From a plasmid: a stretch of 64,000 nucleotides of DNA. Position 1 is the stretch's first letter. Every line of letters begins with the position of its first letter. The notes beneath the pieces were generated by a model. The model saw only the letters and a program-made list of their open reading frames with translations. It did not search any database and had not been told where the DNA came from. Both the position numbers and the translations under genes were made by a program. Where the stretch lies: sequence record NZ_CP067423.1; one strand, written 5' to 3'. Positions 36,265-45,593 of the stretch are shown here, piece after piece.

Positions 36265-37428
36265 ATGCACCTGGGGCACCTGTTCCTTCTAGGTTCCATT
36301 GTTCTCGCTCCTGTCCCGGCACTCGCCGTCCCAAACTACACCATCACCGATCTCGGCACGCTCCCCGGCGGTAGAGGCAGCGGCGGTTTCGATATCAACA
36401 ATAACGGCCAGGTGACAGGGACCAGCGGGACCTCTACGGGCCCCCGTGCGTTCCTGTGGGACTCGGAGACCGGCATGCGGGACCTCGGGTCACTTGCCGG
36501 AAACGGCGGCGTCAGCCAAGCCTTTGGCATCAACGACAACGGGCAAGTCACAGGGTTCAGCACCAACGCAGACGATAGCCAACGTGCGTTCCTGTGGGAC
36601 AGTGCCACCGGCATGCGGGACCTCGGTACAGGCGGCGGCGGCGAGAATGAGATAAGCGATGGTGCCGACATCAACAACAGCGGCCAGGTGACAGGAGCCA
36701 GCAACTTCGGCCCGAGCATCGTCAATGCGTTCGTGTGGGACCCGGAAACCGGCATGCGGAGCATCGGCGCGTTAAGCGAGGAGTTTCCCGGCATCAGCAT
36801 CGGCTCCGGCATCAACGACAGCGGCCAAGTGACGGGAAGCAGCACCATTGGGGAAACCGGCAACCATGCGTTCCTATGGGACCCGCTGACCGGTATGCAG
36901 GATCTTGGCACGCTCGCGGGACCGACTGGCCGGGCGAACAGCTTCGGCGATGATATCAACGATAGAGGCCAGGTGACGGGAGGCAGCGGCACCGGTGTAG
37001 GCGTCTTCAATGCGTTCCTGTGGGACCCAACCACCGGCATGCAGGACTTAGGCGCCCTCGCCGAAGGGGTCTTCAACGCCGGCCGGGGCATCAACAACAG
37101 CGGCCAGGTGACGGGACAAAGCACTACTGCGGACAGCGTCGACCGTGCTTTCCTGTGGGATGGCACGGGCTTGGTCGACCTGAACGACCTGATCCCTCCG
37201 GGATCGGGATGGACCCTCCAGAGTGGAGAAGGGATCAACGACGCCGGGCAGATCACTGGTTTCGGCATCAATCCCAGTGGCCAAGGCCGTGCCTTCCTGC
37301 TGACGCCGGTCACGGTCGCGGAGGTCCCGGAACCGGGAACGCTGGTACTGATCGCCGTCGGAGGCATTGGATTGGGCTTGGCGCGGCATCGTAGGCGCCA
37401 ATACGATTATCGCACGATCCAAAGGTGA
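36265..37428 (+). CDS. PEP-CTERM sorting-domain protein with HAF-family extracellular repeats
   Basis: Signal peptide MHLGHLFLLGSIVLAPVPALA. Six or more ~47-aa repeats (INNSGQVTG...RAFLWD..TGMRDLG). C-terminal VPEPGTLVLIAVGGIGLGLARHRRRQ is a PEP-CTERM motif with TM and Arg cluster. Confidence 0.8.
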   Translation: MHLGHLFLLGSIVLAPVPALAVPNYTITDLGTLPGGRGSGGFDINNNGQVTGTSGTSTGPRAFLWDSETGMRDLGSLAGNGGVSQAFGINDNGQVTGFSTNADDSQRAFLWDSATGMRDLGTGGGGENEISDGADINNSGQVTGASNFGPSIVNAFVWDPETGMRSIGALSEEFPGISIGSGINDSGQVTGSSTIGETGNHAFLWDPLTGMQDLGTLAGPTGRANSFGDDINDRGQVTGGSGTGVGVFNAFLWDPTTGMQDLGALAEGVFNAGRGINNSGQVTGQSTTADSVDRAFLWDGTGLVDLNDLIPPGSGWTLQSGEGINDAGQITGFGINPSGQGRAFLLTPVTVAEVPEPGTLVLIAVGGIGLGLARHRRRQYDYRTIQR

Positions 37429-37534
37429 CACAGCCTGTCCGAAACCCACCATTTTCCAACAGATGGGGAAGAACCTCTCCGGCGCCGGAAGACTTCTGAA
37501 CCGACCGGCGCCGGTTACGCTGCTCGATACACGA

Positions 37535-38062
37535 TCAGCTCAAGCCGGACCGCGACTCTGCATCAAGGCGGGCAAGGCTTTCACCCAGCACGAGAAGGCT
37601 GACACCCAGGAGCGCCACATCCTTGATCAGGAACTGGCCGGTGGCGTTAAGCCACGGAAAGCCGCCCAGGGGGCCTTCCCAGATCGGCAACGCCAACATG
37701 GTGGAGACGGTGACGGCAAAGGTCAGTGTGCCGAGTGCCCCGGCAACGACACCCGCGCGCGCCGACCAGGGCGAGGCAGTGAACAGCGCCGCGGTGACGA
37801 GTTCGACGACGCCGAGCAGGTACGCCGCGCCCGCCTCGCCGAAGACGGGGTAGAGCCAGGCAAGCCAGGGTGTCCCGCCGATGAGCGGCTTGAGCGCGTC
37901 GATCTCGACCTGGGTGAACTTCAGGATGCCGATCAGGAAGAGCGGCAGGACGACACCGGCGAGGGCCACGCCCCGGCCGGTGACCGTGAGGCGGCTGGGC
38001 AGTTCCGTCCGAGAGAGAAAGGCGGCCACGCCAGCGGCGGAGTAAGCGGGATTGTTCGACAT
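37535..38062 (-). CDS. DUF417-like inner-membrane protein
   Basis: 175 aa with four hydrophobic helices. Pattern (GGTPWLAWLYPVFGEAGAAYLLGVVELV) resembles YkgB/DUF417 family proteins. Confidence 0.5.
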   Translation of the reverse strand: MSNNPAYSAAGVAAFLSRTELPSRLTVTGRGVALAGVVLPLFLIGILKFTQVEIDALKPLIGGTPWLAWLYPVFGEAGAAYLLGVVELVTAALFTASPWSARAGVVAGALGTLTFAVTVSTMLALPIWEGPLGGFPWLNATGQFLIKDVALLGVSLLVLGESLARLDAESRSGLS

Positions 38063-38064
38063 AG

Positions 38065-39254
38065 TGTCCCGTTTCAGAAGTTTCTAATCACATTTGGTCT
38101 GAACATTGATGGTTCGGCGGCAGAACCGTTCGATACAGGCAAGAATGTCGTCGGCGGACTTTGTCCACCGAAAGGGCTTGGGATCAGCATTACGGTCGTC
38201 GATGTAGGCGGTGATCGCCGCCTCCAAGGCCTCGGTTGAGCGGTGCACGCCGCGCCGGATCTGCTGGTCGGTGAGGAGCCCGAAGAAGCGCTCGACCTGA
38301 TTGATCCAGGATGCCGAGGTCGGAGTGAAATGGACATGCCAGCGCGGCCGCTTGGCGAACCAGTCGCGGATCAGCTTGGTCTTGTGGGAGGAGGCGTTGT
38401 CCATCACGACGTGGATGTCCAGGTCGGCCGGCACGTTACGCTCGACCTCGTCCAGGAACTTGCGGAACTCCGCTGCCCGATGACGCGGCATGCACCGGCC
38501 AATCACTGTCCCTGCTTTCACGTCCAGCGCGGCGAACAAGGACGTGGTGCCGTGGCGTTCGTAGTCGTGAGTGCGCCGCTCGATCTGCCCTGGGCGCAGA
38601 GGAAGCAGTGGCTGGGTTCGGTCAAGGGCCTGGATCTGCGTCTTTTCATCCACGCACAGCACCAGCGCACGCTCCGGCGGGGCCAAGTAAAGGCCGACGA
38701 TGTCTCTGACCTTTTCGACGAACAGCGGGTCGGTAGAGAGCTTGAAGGTCTCGCTGCGGTGGGGTTGCAGGGAGAAAGCCCGCCAGATGCGATGCACGCT
38801 GGAGGCCGACAGGCCGGAAGCCCTGGCCAGCGAGCGCGTGCTCCAGTGAGTGGCGGTGGGCGGCAGTGCCTCCAAGGTCGTCGTCACCACCTCGGCGACC
38901 TTGTTGTCGCCGATCTTCCGCGGCGCGCCCGGACGGGGTTCCTCCGCCAAGCCGTCCAGCCGCCGCTCGGCAAAACGCTTGCGCCATGTCGCCACCGTCA
39001 GGCGGGTGATGTTGAGCCGGTCGGCAATGGCAACGTTGCTCAGACCCTCCGCCGAAAGCAGAACAATCTGCGCCCGTATCGCATCCGCCCGGGCGGTCTT
39101 CCGGCGGCGCGCCCGCGCCTCCAGTTCGTTCCGCTCTGCCTCGTTCAGGTTAATGTGAACCGCGGCTCCCCAGGCCATGCCAACCTCCCAAATCCGGTAT
39201 TGGGAAAGTGAATCACGGCACCAGAATCATGTATAGTTATTTCTGAAGCGGGAC
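38065..39254 (-). mobile_element. IS630-family insertion sequence (1190 bp) flanked by TA target duplication
   Basis: Terminal IRs GTGTCCCGTTTCAGAA (38065-) and TTCTGAAGCGGGACAA (-39254). TA at 38063-38064 and 39255-39256. Single intact transposase. Confidence 0.8.
38084..39178 (-). CDS. IS630-family transposase (intact, 364 aa)
   Basis: N-terminal HTH (LSAEGLSNVAIADRLNITRLTVATWRKRF) and DDE domain (VLCVDEKTQIQAL...VVMDNASSHKT...FTPTSASWINQVERFF). Confidence 0.9.
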   Translation of the reverse strand: MAWGAAVHINLNEAERNELEARARRRKTARADAIRAQIVLLSAEGLSNVAIADRLNITRLTVATWRKRFAERRLDGLAEEPRPGAPRKIGDNKVAEVVTTTLEALPPTATHWSTRSLARASGLSASSVHRIWRAFSLQPHRSETFKLSTDPLFVEKVRDIVGLYLAPPERALVLCVDEKTQIQALDRTQPLLPLRPGQIERRTHDYERHGTTSLFAALDVKAGTVIGRCMPRHRAAEFRKFLDEVERNVPADLDIHVVMDNASSHKTKLIRDWFAKRPRWHVHFTPTSASWINQVERFFGLLTDQQIRRGVHRSTEALEAAITAYIDDRNADPKPFRWTKSADDILACIERFCRRTINVQTKCD

Positions 39255-39342
39255 AATAGGTCCCTCCATGCATTTATATGCGTGAAGCATATAACAGGAA
39301 TGGGGGATTGATGTCTATGCGTTGCGCATATAATTTTGACGC

Positions 39343-39864
39343 ATGACCAATGACAGAACTGCCAACATCGTCGGTGCACTCGCCCTGGCCGTCGTCGACA
39401 CCCTGCTCCGCGAAGCCCAGGCCGCGGCGCCGGAGCCGGGACCCGCCGCGGCCGCCATATCGCTGCTTGCCCACGATCCGGGCATGTCGATCGACCGGCT
39501 GCGGCGCGCACTCGGTCTGTCGCATCCCGGTGCGGTTCGTCTGGTCGACCGCCTGGTGGCGGATGGGGCCGTGGTCCGGGAAGTCTCTGATCGCGACCGT
39601 CGTGCCGTCGCACTTCACTTGACCGAAGCGGGCCGAAGGACCTGCGCGAACATTCGGGGCGCGCGGCTGCACAGCCTCACGAAGGTGCTCGATTTGCTTG
39701 ATGCGGACGAACGCGCCACTCTGGGCATGCTGACCGAGAAGCTGCTGCGCGGACTCGTTGGGACCGAGGACCAGGCCTACTCGGTCTGCCGGCTCTGCGA
39801 CGAGAGCGTGTGCGCGGACTGCCCCGCCGCCAGCGCATTGGGGCCCCCCAACGCGATCGGCTGA
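39343..39864 (+). CDS. MarR-family transcriptional regulator
   Basis: 173 aa; winged HTH segment MSIDRLRRALGLSHPGAVRLVDRLVADGAVVREVSDRDRRAVALHLTEAGR typical of MarR. Confidence 0.8.
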   Translation: MTNDRTANIVGALALAVVDTLLREAQAAAPEPGPAAAAISLLAHDPGMSIDRLRRALGLSHPGAVRLVDRLVADGAVVREVSDRDRRAVALHLTEAGRRTCANIRGARLHSLTKVLDLLDADERATLGMLTEKLLRGLVGTEDQAYSVCRLCDESVCADCPAASALGPPNAIG

Positions 39865-40303
39865 AATTTCCGGGGCGAGATCTTTTCTCTACCCTCTGCG
39901 AGAACCTGTTCTGTCCCGGCGACTGTTGGACAGGTGGTGAGTCGTCTCTATCGCTCGCGGTCAGTGTCGCTCAGATCCATCGCGGCGATTTCCATGCCTA
40001 CCCCCAGTTCCCGGAGCTGCGTGGACACGTGCAGGAGCAGAGCGGGGTGGCCGCCGGTCTCGGCGAGGCCGACCATGGCCAGGATTTCGTTGAGGACATA
40101 GGGAATGAGACGCGTCTCCATCCGTAGACAACAGGCGCGAAGCACCTTGTTTCCCGCGCTTCTGATCACTGGCGTTTCCCGCGCCTTTCGCGAGCGCCGC
40201 GAGTTCGGACCGGGTGGACAACGCTGCATGCCGGGCCAGGCTTGTGGGAGCTGGTCTGGTGCCAGATCCGGATCTGGGATGTCGGCGTGAACCGGCTCCC
40301 CAA

Positions 40304-41578
40304 TCAGGGTTCGTCAGGTGCTGGTCCGTCGGCTCCATCACCGGGCGGGAACGGCTTCTCGCCCCGGGCGATGCGGTCGAGCAGGCGGCGTACCCCGCGG
40401 GTCCGCTCGTCGGCCGCCGCGACCAGCCGGTCCAGGGCGTCGAAGTCGAAGCTCACCGGCGCCAGCCGCGCGGGTTCGACCGGATCCGCGTCCGGCCGCA
40501 CCGCGACTTCCGCGGGGTCGGTCGCCAGTTCCGCGAACGGCGGGGTCAGCACCCGCCTGGGCCGGCCCCGCGGTCCGCCCCGGGCCCGGCGCCGGGCGGC
40601 GGTGGTCTCGGCGCGGATCGGCAGCAGGCGCTTGAGGCCGTAGAGCCGGCGTGCGCCCCGCCCGGCCCGGCCGGTCACCTCGGCGGCGACCTCGAGCCCG
40701 ACCAGCGCGTCCAGCATCCGCGACGCGCCCTCGACCGAGCAGCCCAGCGCGTCGGCCAGGGCCGAGACGCTGAGCAGCGGCGAGGCGGCCAGCAGGTCGA
40801 CCGCCGCCGGCAGCCGGGAGTTGGACCGGCCGCCGGCGCGCCGGTCGACCCGGTTGCGGGCCTCGCGCCACTCCCGCTCCATCGTCAGCAGCAGGTCACG
40901 GCCGTCGGCGGCCTCGCGCAGGACCGCCTCGAGGAAGCGCACCGTGAACCCGTCGGGATCGGCGGCACCCGCCCGCAGCGCGTCGCCCCCGGTGACGGCG
41001 GCCAGCAGGTGGATGGTGGTCCCGCGCTCACGCAGGTACAGCGGCACGGCGGCGCGGATTGCCGGCCGGCTGCCCTGCCCGGCCAGCCACTCCAGCATGC
41101 CCAGCGCGGCGGCGACCAGGGCCGGCCGGTCGCGGCCGCTGGCGCGCAGGCTGTCCAGGGCGGCGTCGCGCAGGGCCGCCTGCCCGGCATCGGGCGCCGC
41201 CAGCCACCCCCGCAGGCCGACCGCGTGGTTCAGCCCGGTGATCTCCCGGCCGCGGTCGATCGGCGGCGCGGCGGGATCGGTCCGGAGCGGCAGGCCGTGC
41301 AGGTGGGCGGCCAGGCGGTAGGGATCGACCTTGTGGCCGTCCGCCCCGGCGTGGCGACACGCGGCGTCGAGGCCGCTCCAGACGGCCCAGGCCGGCCGCA
41401 GCGGGGTGTCGGCCAGGGCGGCGTCTAGGCGGCCGACGGCGGTGGCGGCGGCTTCGAGCGCCCCGGCGACCGGGCCCGCGACGAACAGTTCGGCCATTCC
41501 TGCTCTCTCCTCATCGACCGGGATCCGGCACGGCTCCGGGAATCGGGCAGCGTCCTTGTATAAGAACTTCCTTGTCAT
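40304..41578 (-). CDS. hypothetical protein, DUF1612-like N-domain with C-terminal winged-helix region
   Basis: Start chosen at MTRKFLYKD. Segment WAVWSGLDAACRHAGADGHKVDPYRLAAHLHGLPLRTDP resembles DUF1612 proteins common on rhizobial plasmids. Arg-rich C-terminus. Start uncertain (alternatives at 41674 and 41497). Confidence 0.45.
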   Translation of the reverse strand: MTRKFLYKDAARFPEPCRIPVDEERAGMAELFVAGPVAGALEAAATAVGRLDAALADTPLRPAWAVWSGLDAACRHAGADGHKVDPYRLAAHLHGLPLRTDPAAPPIDRGREITGLNHAVGLRGWLAAPDAGQAALRDAALDSLRASGRDRPALVAAALGMLEWLAGQGSRPAIRAAVPLYLRERGTTIHLLAAVTGGDALRAGAADPDGFTVRFLEAVLREAADGRDLLLTMEREWREARNRVDRRAGGRSNSRLPAAVDLLAASPLLSVSALADALGCSVEGASRMLDALVGLEVAAEVTGRAGRGARRLYGLKRLLPIRAETTAARRRARGGPRGRPRRVLTPPFAELATDPAEVAVRPDADPVEPARLAPVSFDFDALDRLVAAADERTRGVRRLLDRIARGEKPFPPGDGADGPAPDEP

Positions 41579-41645
41579 ATCAATTGAGTAGACAAGAAAT
41601 TCTACCGTAACCGCATTTAACTTGATAGTCCGCTGATTTCCGTCT

Positions 41646-41696
41646 GCCACGTCGTCATGTCCGATAATGTTCAATTATCGGACATGACGACGTGGC
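41646..41696. promoter_or_regulatory. perfect 23-bp-arm inverted repeat (GCCACGTCGTCATGTCCGATAAT-gttca-ATTATCGGACATGACGACGTGGC), probable operator upstream of the DUF1612-like gene
   Basis: Exact 51-bp palindrome with a 5-nt centre and no downstream T-run, so operator-like rather than a terminator. Lies 70-120 bp upstream of the preferred start of the 40304..41578 gene. Confidence 0.5.
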
Positions 41697-42430
41697 GGCC
41701 AATGTCGTTGTCGGTCAGTTCGTGAGAAAAGCCGGATTCTGCGCGGTTGGGCACCCTGTCAGGCCCTGTTTTGCAGACCGGATCATGCTAAATGTTTTGA
41801 GCCGTTCATGCGAAAAGCCCGCCACCCGGACGCGGGGCATCACCGCACGCTGTTGAAAAACAAGCCTTTTTCCAAAAAGGAAGCTTGAGGACGTAGCCCG
41901 TCCAGGGACCTGACTGTTGCCCGACATCCCGCCGCATCATGACGCCGAAACGCCCTCGCGGTTCATCTCGTCCCGATCGGCCAGTCCCCACCGGCAGCAG
42001 GGGCACACCGGGCATCACCACCGCCGTGACGCTTAGGTATTTCACCAAACGGCCATTTGTTGGCAGCTGCGAGTTTGGTAAAATGGTTGAAGACGCCGCC
42101 TGCGGCTCTGACCTACAGTGTCGCTGCTGGGCGGTTCAGTGGATTCGGCCTGTTTCCTGCACTTTATTGGCTAAACCCAGCCGATTTGCGGGGTGGATCG
42201 CTGGAACTGCTGGACGGTTCCGTACAGCGCTCGCTGGCCCGTTTCGCCGCCGGTCTCCGCTCACGTCATCCTCTCTTCCCCATCAGAAGCCGTGCGTGCC
42301 CGCATCGTCAGAACGTCCCCCTGCACGCGGGGTGTAAAGAAAGTGGCGTGTAACGAAACGACCGTTTCCTTCCGTGTTCCTGAACTTTACAAAGGGGGTG
42401 GACGACACTCTTACGGCTTGGGGAAACACT

Positions 42431-43387
42431 ATGGCGCTCATCGGCTATGCCCGCGTTTCGACCGACGAGCAGACCACTGCCGCCCAAATGGACGCGCTGC
42501 GCGCCGCCGGCTGCACGGAAGTCTTCGAGGAGAAGGCTTCCGGCGCCTCCCGCGCCCGGCCGGAGCTGGCGCGAGCCCTAGCCCGTATTGGTCGCGGCGA
42601 CACGCTGGTTATCTGGAAGCTGGACCGGCTTGGCCGCTCCCTGTCGCACCTGCTGGAGGTGATCGAGGATCTGCGCGACCGCGGCTCTCACTTCCGCTGC
42701 CTGACCAGCCCGATCGATACCGCCAGCCCGCACGGGACGCTGGTGCTCCAGATGCTGGGCGCCGTAGCGGAGTACGAGCGCTCGCTCATCCGCGAGCGGA
42801 CACGGGCCGGGCTTAAGGCGGCCAAGGCGCGGGGCAGGGTCGGGGGTAACCCCAAGCTCAAACGGGGCGACAATGCAGCGGCGCGGCGTCTGGCCGACCG
42901 GCAGCGGCAGCTGTATCTGCTGGACTTGACCCGCACGGCCGAGGAGTGGTTGCCCACCGTACGGCGGCTGCGGCCGGTGCGCTCCTGGGCAGCGGTGACT
43001 CGTGCCGTGAACGCCAAGCTGCCGCCCGCCCGCCACTGGACGGTCGAGCGCCTGCGCCGCGCCGTGCGCACCTTCGTCGCGGAAGGACTGGCGGAGCGGA
43101 TGCTGTTGGACAAGGTGCCGTCGGTCCGCGGCGACGATCGGCTTATGGTGCTGGTCGCCGGCATCGCCCGGGCGAATCCGAAGCTGTCGCTGCGCGCCAT
43201 TGGGGCCCAGTTGGAGGCGATGCGCGAGACCACGCCGCGGGGTGGCCGCACCTGGGCGGCTGGGTCGGTCAAAAGCCTGCTGGATCGCGCCCGTGCTCAA
43301 GGGTTGCTGGCCGTAAGGAGACGCGCAGGAATAATTAAGACATATTGGTGTGATGTTTCCGGTGTAGGCTATGATCTTCGCTGGTGA
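42431..43387 (+). CDS. serine recombinase (resolvase/invertase family) with long C-terminal extension
   Basis: Start MALIGYARVSTDEQ (catalytic Ser motif), GDTLVIWKLDRLGRS, HTH after residue ~140, then ~130 extra residues. Paralogous to the recombinase at 48297..49067. Confidence 0.85.
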   Translation: MALIGYARVSTDEQTTAAQMDALRAAGCTEVFEEKASGASRARPELARALARIGRGDTLVIWKLDRLGRSLSHLLEVIEDLRDRGSHFRCLTSPIDTASPHGTLVLQMLGAVAEYERSLIRERTRAGLKAAKARGRVGGNPKLKRGDNAAARRLADRQRQLYLLDLTRTAEEWLPTVRRLRPVRSWAAVTRAVNAKLPPARHWTVERLRRAVRTFVAEGLAERMLLDKVPSVRGDDRLMVLVAGIARANPKLSLRAIGAQLEAMRETTPRGGRTWAAGSVKSLLDRARAQGLLAVRRRAGIIKTYWCDVSGVGYDLRW

Positions 43388-44616
43388 TTGCCATATCGGG
43401 CGGCATGATTGATGAGCATGCGATACGAGAGCGGTACGAGGCGATCCGGGACCAGTTGGACGAGCGTGGACGACGCCTGTTTGCGGCGGCTGAGGCAAGG
43501 TCTGCGGGACGCGGTGGGGTGGTGGCCGTGTCGCGGGCAACCGGTCTGGCGCGCGGCACCGTCGAGCGGGGGCTGAAGGATCTTGACCAGCCAGCGCCGC
43601 CCGGCGGGCGTGTCCGCCGGGCCGGGAGCGGGCGGCGGCGCCTGACAGCCAAGGATCCAACGCTGCTGGAGGACCTGCGTCGCCTGGTCGAGCCGGTCAC
43701 GCTCGGAGACCCGATGAGACCGCTGCTGTGGGTCTCCAAGAGCCACGTCAAGCTGGCCAAAGCACTGCAGAAGATGGGTCACGCGGTCAGCCCGAATACG
43801 GTGCGCAAGCTGTTGCACCAGCTCGGCTATGGCCGCCGGGCCAATCGCAAGGCCAATGATGGACGCCAGCATGCCGACCGTGACGCTCAGTTCGAGCACA
43901 TCAATGCCCGGGTCCTGGCCTTTCAGGCCGAGGATCAGCCGGTGATCTCGGTCGACACCAAGAAGAAGGAGCTGGTCGGTAACTACACCAACAAGGGCAC
44001 CGAGTACCGCCCCGAAGGCCAGCCACGGCGGACCGAAGTTCATGACTTCGAGAACAAGGACCTCGGCAAGGTCGTGCCCTACGGCGTCTACGATCTGGCC
44101 GACAACAGCGGCTGGGTCAGCCTCGGCGTGACCAGCGACACCGCCGAGTTCGCGGTCAACGCCATCCGCTCCTGGTTCGACAACAAAGGTCGCGACCTCT
44201 ATCCCGCGGCCTCCCGGCTGATGATCACGGCCGACTGCGGCGGCTCCAATGGAGCTCGCGTGCGGCTGTGGAAGCGTGAGCTTCAGGACCTGGCCGACCA
44301 GACCGGGCTGACGATCTCGGTGTGCCACTTCCCGCCCGGAACCTCGAAGTGGAACAGGATCGAGCATCGCCTTTTCTGCCATATCACGCAAAACTGGCGT
44401 GGCCATCCCTTGACCAGCCGCCTGGCCGTGATCGAACTGATCGCCGCTACCACCACAACGACCGGCCTGACGGTCGAGTGCGAACTGGACACCAACACTT
44501 ACCAGAAGGGTGTCAAGGTCACCGCCGCTGAAATGGCCACCCTCAACATTGAGCGCGACGGCTTTCATCCGGAATGGAACTACACCATCGCGCCGCGCCA
44601 CATACCTCATAACTGA
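43384..44616 (+). CDS. ISAzo13-family transposase
   Basis: 410-aa product with features typical of ISAzo13-like elements (N-terminal HTH region, central DDE, FPPGTSKWNRIEHRLFCHITQNWRGHPL). Start overlaps the recombinase stop (ATGA-type). Confidence 0.75.
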   Translation: MIAISGGMIDEHAIRERYEAIRDQLDERGRRLFAAAEARSAGRGGVVAVSRATGLARGTVERGLKDLDQPAPPGGRVRRAGSGRRRLTAKDPTLLEDLRRLVEPVTLGDPMRPLLWVSKSHVKLAKALQKMGHAVSPNTVRKLLHQLGYGRRANRKANDGRQHADRDAQFEHINARVLAFQAEDQPVISVDTKKKELVGNYTNKGTEYRPEGQPRRTEVHDFENKDLGKVVPYGVYDLADNSGWVSLGVTSDTAEFAVNAIRSWFDNKGRDLYPAASRLMITADCGGSNGARVRLWKRELQDLADQTGLTISVCHFPPGTSKWNRIEHRLFCHITQNWRGHPLTSRLAVIELIAATTTTTGLTVECELDTNTYQKGVKVTAAEMATLNIERDGFHPEWNYTIAPRHIPHN

Positions 44617-44621
44617 TCCAG

Positions 44622-45593
44622 TTATTTATGCGCGTCTCCTAAGTCCGCCCCCGGTGTCAGCATCAGAGCCATCGGACCTTCCATCCAATCCGTGACGAGC
44701 GATTGCGCATAATCGATGGCAAGCGCCGCGACCAACATCACTTGCACCTTATGGGCATGGCTCAGGAACTCATAGGGAAGTTCCCGCACGGCTCCCCAGG
44801 GCTGGCGGAACCCGGCCTCGGTCCAGAGATCGGCAACCCGGTTTCCCAACGCCGAGGTGTCCTGGGCGAAGCGGCACACCTCCTCCAGGGCGGCGCGCAG
44901 CAGCCGGACCCAGGTTCCGCCCTCGATCATGGTATGCGTCAAGGCGACGGAGCCGCGCGTGACCGCCTCCAGGGTCAAGGTGTCCAGCCGCACAAGCGAG
45001 GCGTCGGGGCGGCCCCGGGCGATTGCCGGCGCGGTCGGCATCCAGCCGCGCCCCGGCCAGACAAGGACCCGGCGCAGGAAGGTGCCATGCCGGGGGCAGG
45101 TGAGCATCCAGGGGAGATCCCAGATGAACCGCCGATAGGGGAGCGGATCCTCTTCGAGGCACCCGACGCAGCCCCATTGACCGATCCATTGCGTGTCGAT
45201 CCAGGGCGCAGTCTCCTTGCGCGCACCCGGCCGCCCGAGCCTTGTCAGCAGCCCGAACCGGTCGATGCAGTGTGCAAGATTGGCTTGCGGAAAGGCGAAA
45301 CCGTCCAGCAGTACCGGCACCAGCGACACCGGCGTCATGGCTCGGATCGTCTCAAACGAATAGCCTGTTTTGTCCGACAACCATGCCAGATCATCTGCCT
45401 GTGGCGCGGCACCGGCGAGCGGCCACCCACCGGTCAGACGGTGGTGACGTCCGAGAAGCTCCACAATCACCAAGCCATAGACGCTGGCCATGCGCTGCAG
45501 CCAACTCGTCAGGATCTCTCCTGGCAGAGGCGGCGGAACGACCGGCCAGGGACCAGGTGCGTCGCGGTCCTCGGCCGGATCTGCCTTCACGAT
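44622..45593 (-). CDS. tniQ: TniQ-family transposition protein (Tn402/Tn5053-type module)
   Basis: Begins PGEILTSWLQRMASVYGLV (TniQ N-domain); probable GTG start just after the tniB stop. The ORF-track extension to 45830 overlaps tniB and is Arg-rich junk. Confidence 0.65.
   Translation of the reverse strand: MVKADPAEDRDAPGPWPVVPPPLPGEILTSWLQRMASVYGLVIVELLGRHHRLTGGWPLAGAAPQADDLAWLSDKTGYSFETIRAMTPVSLVPVLLDGFAFPQANLAHCIDRFGLLTRLGRPGARKETAPWIDTQWIGQWGCVGCLEEDPLPYRRFIWDLPWMLTCPRHGTFLRRVLVWPGRGWMPTAPAIARGRPDASLVRLDTLTLEAVTRGSVALTHTMIEGGTWVRLLRAALEEVCRFAQDTSALGNRVADLWTEAGFRQPWGAVRELPYEFLSHAHKVQVMLVAALAIDYAQSLVTDWMEGPMALMLTPGADLGDAHK

Noticed and set aside
39948-40229. 93-aa minus-strand ORF convergent with marR
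   Set aside because: Only the last ~57 codons (METRLIPYVLNEILAMVGLAETGG…) look protein-like. There are no motifs and an unclear start, so it is not reported as a gene.
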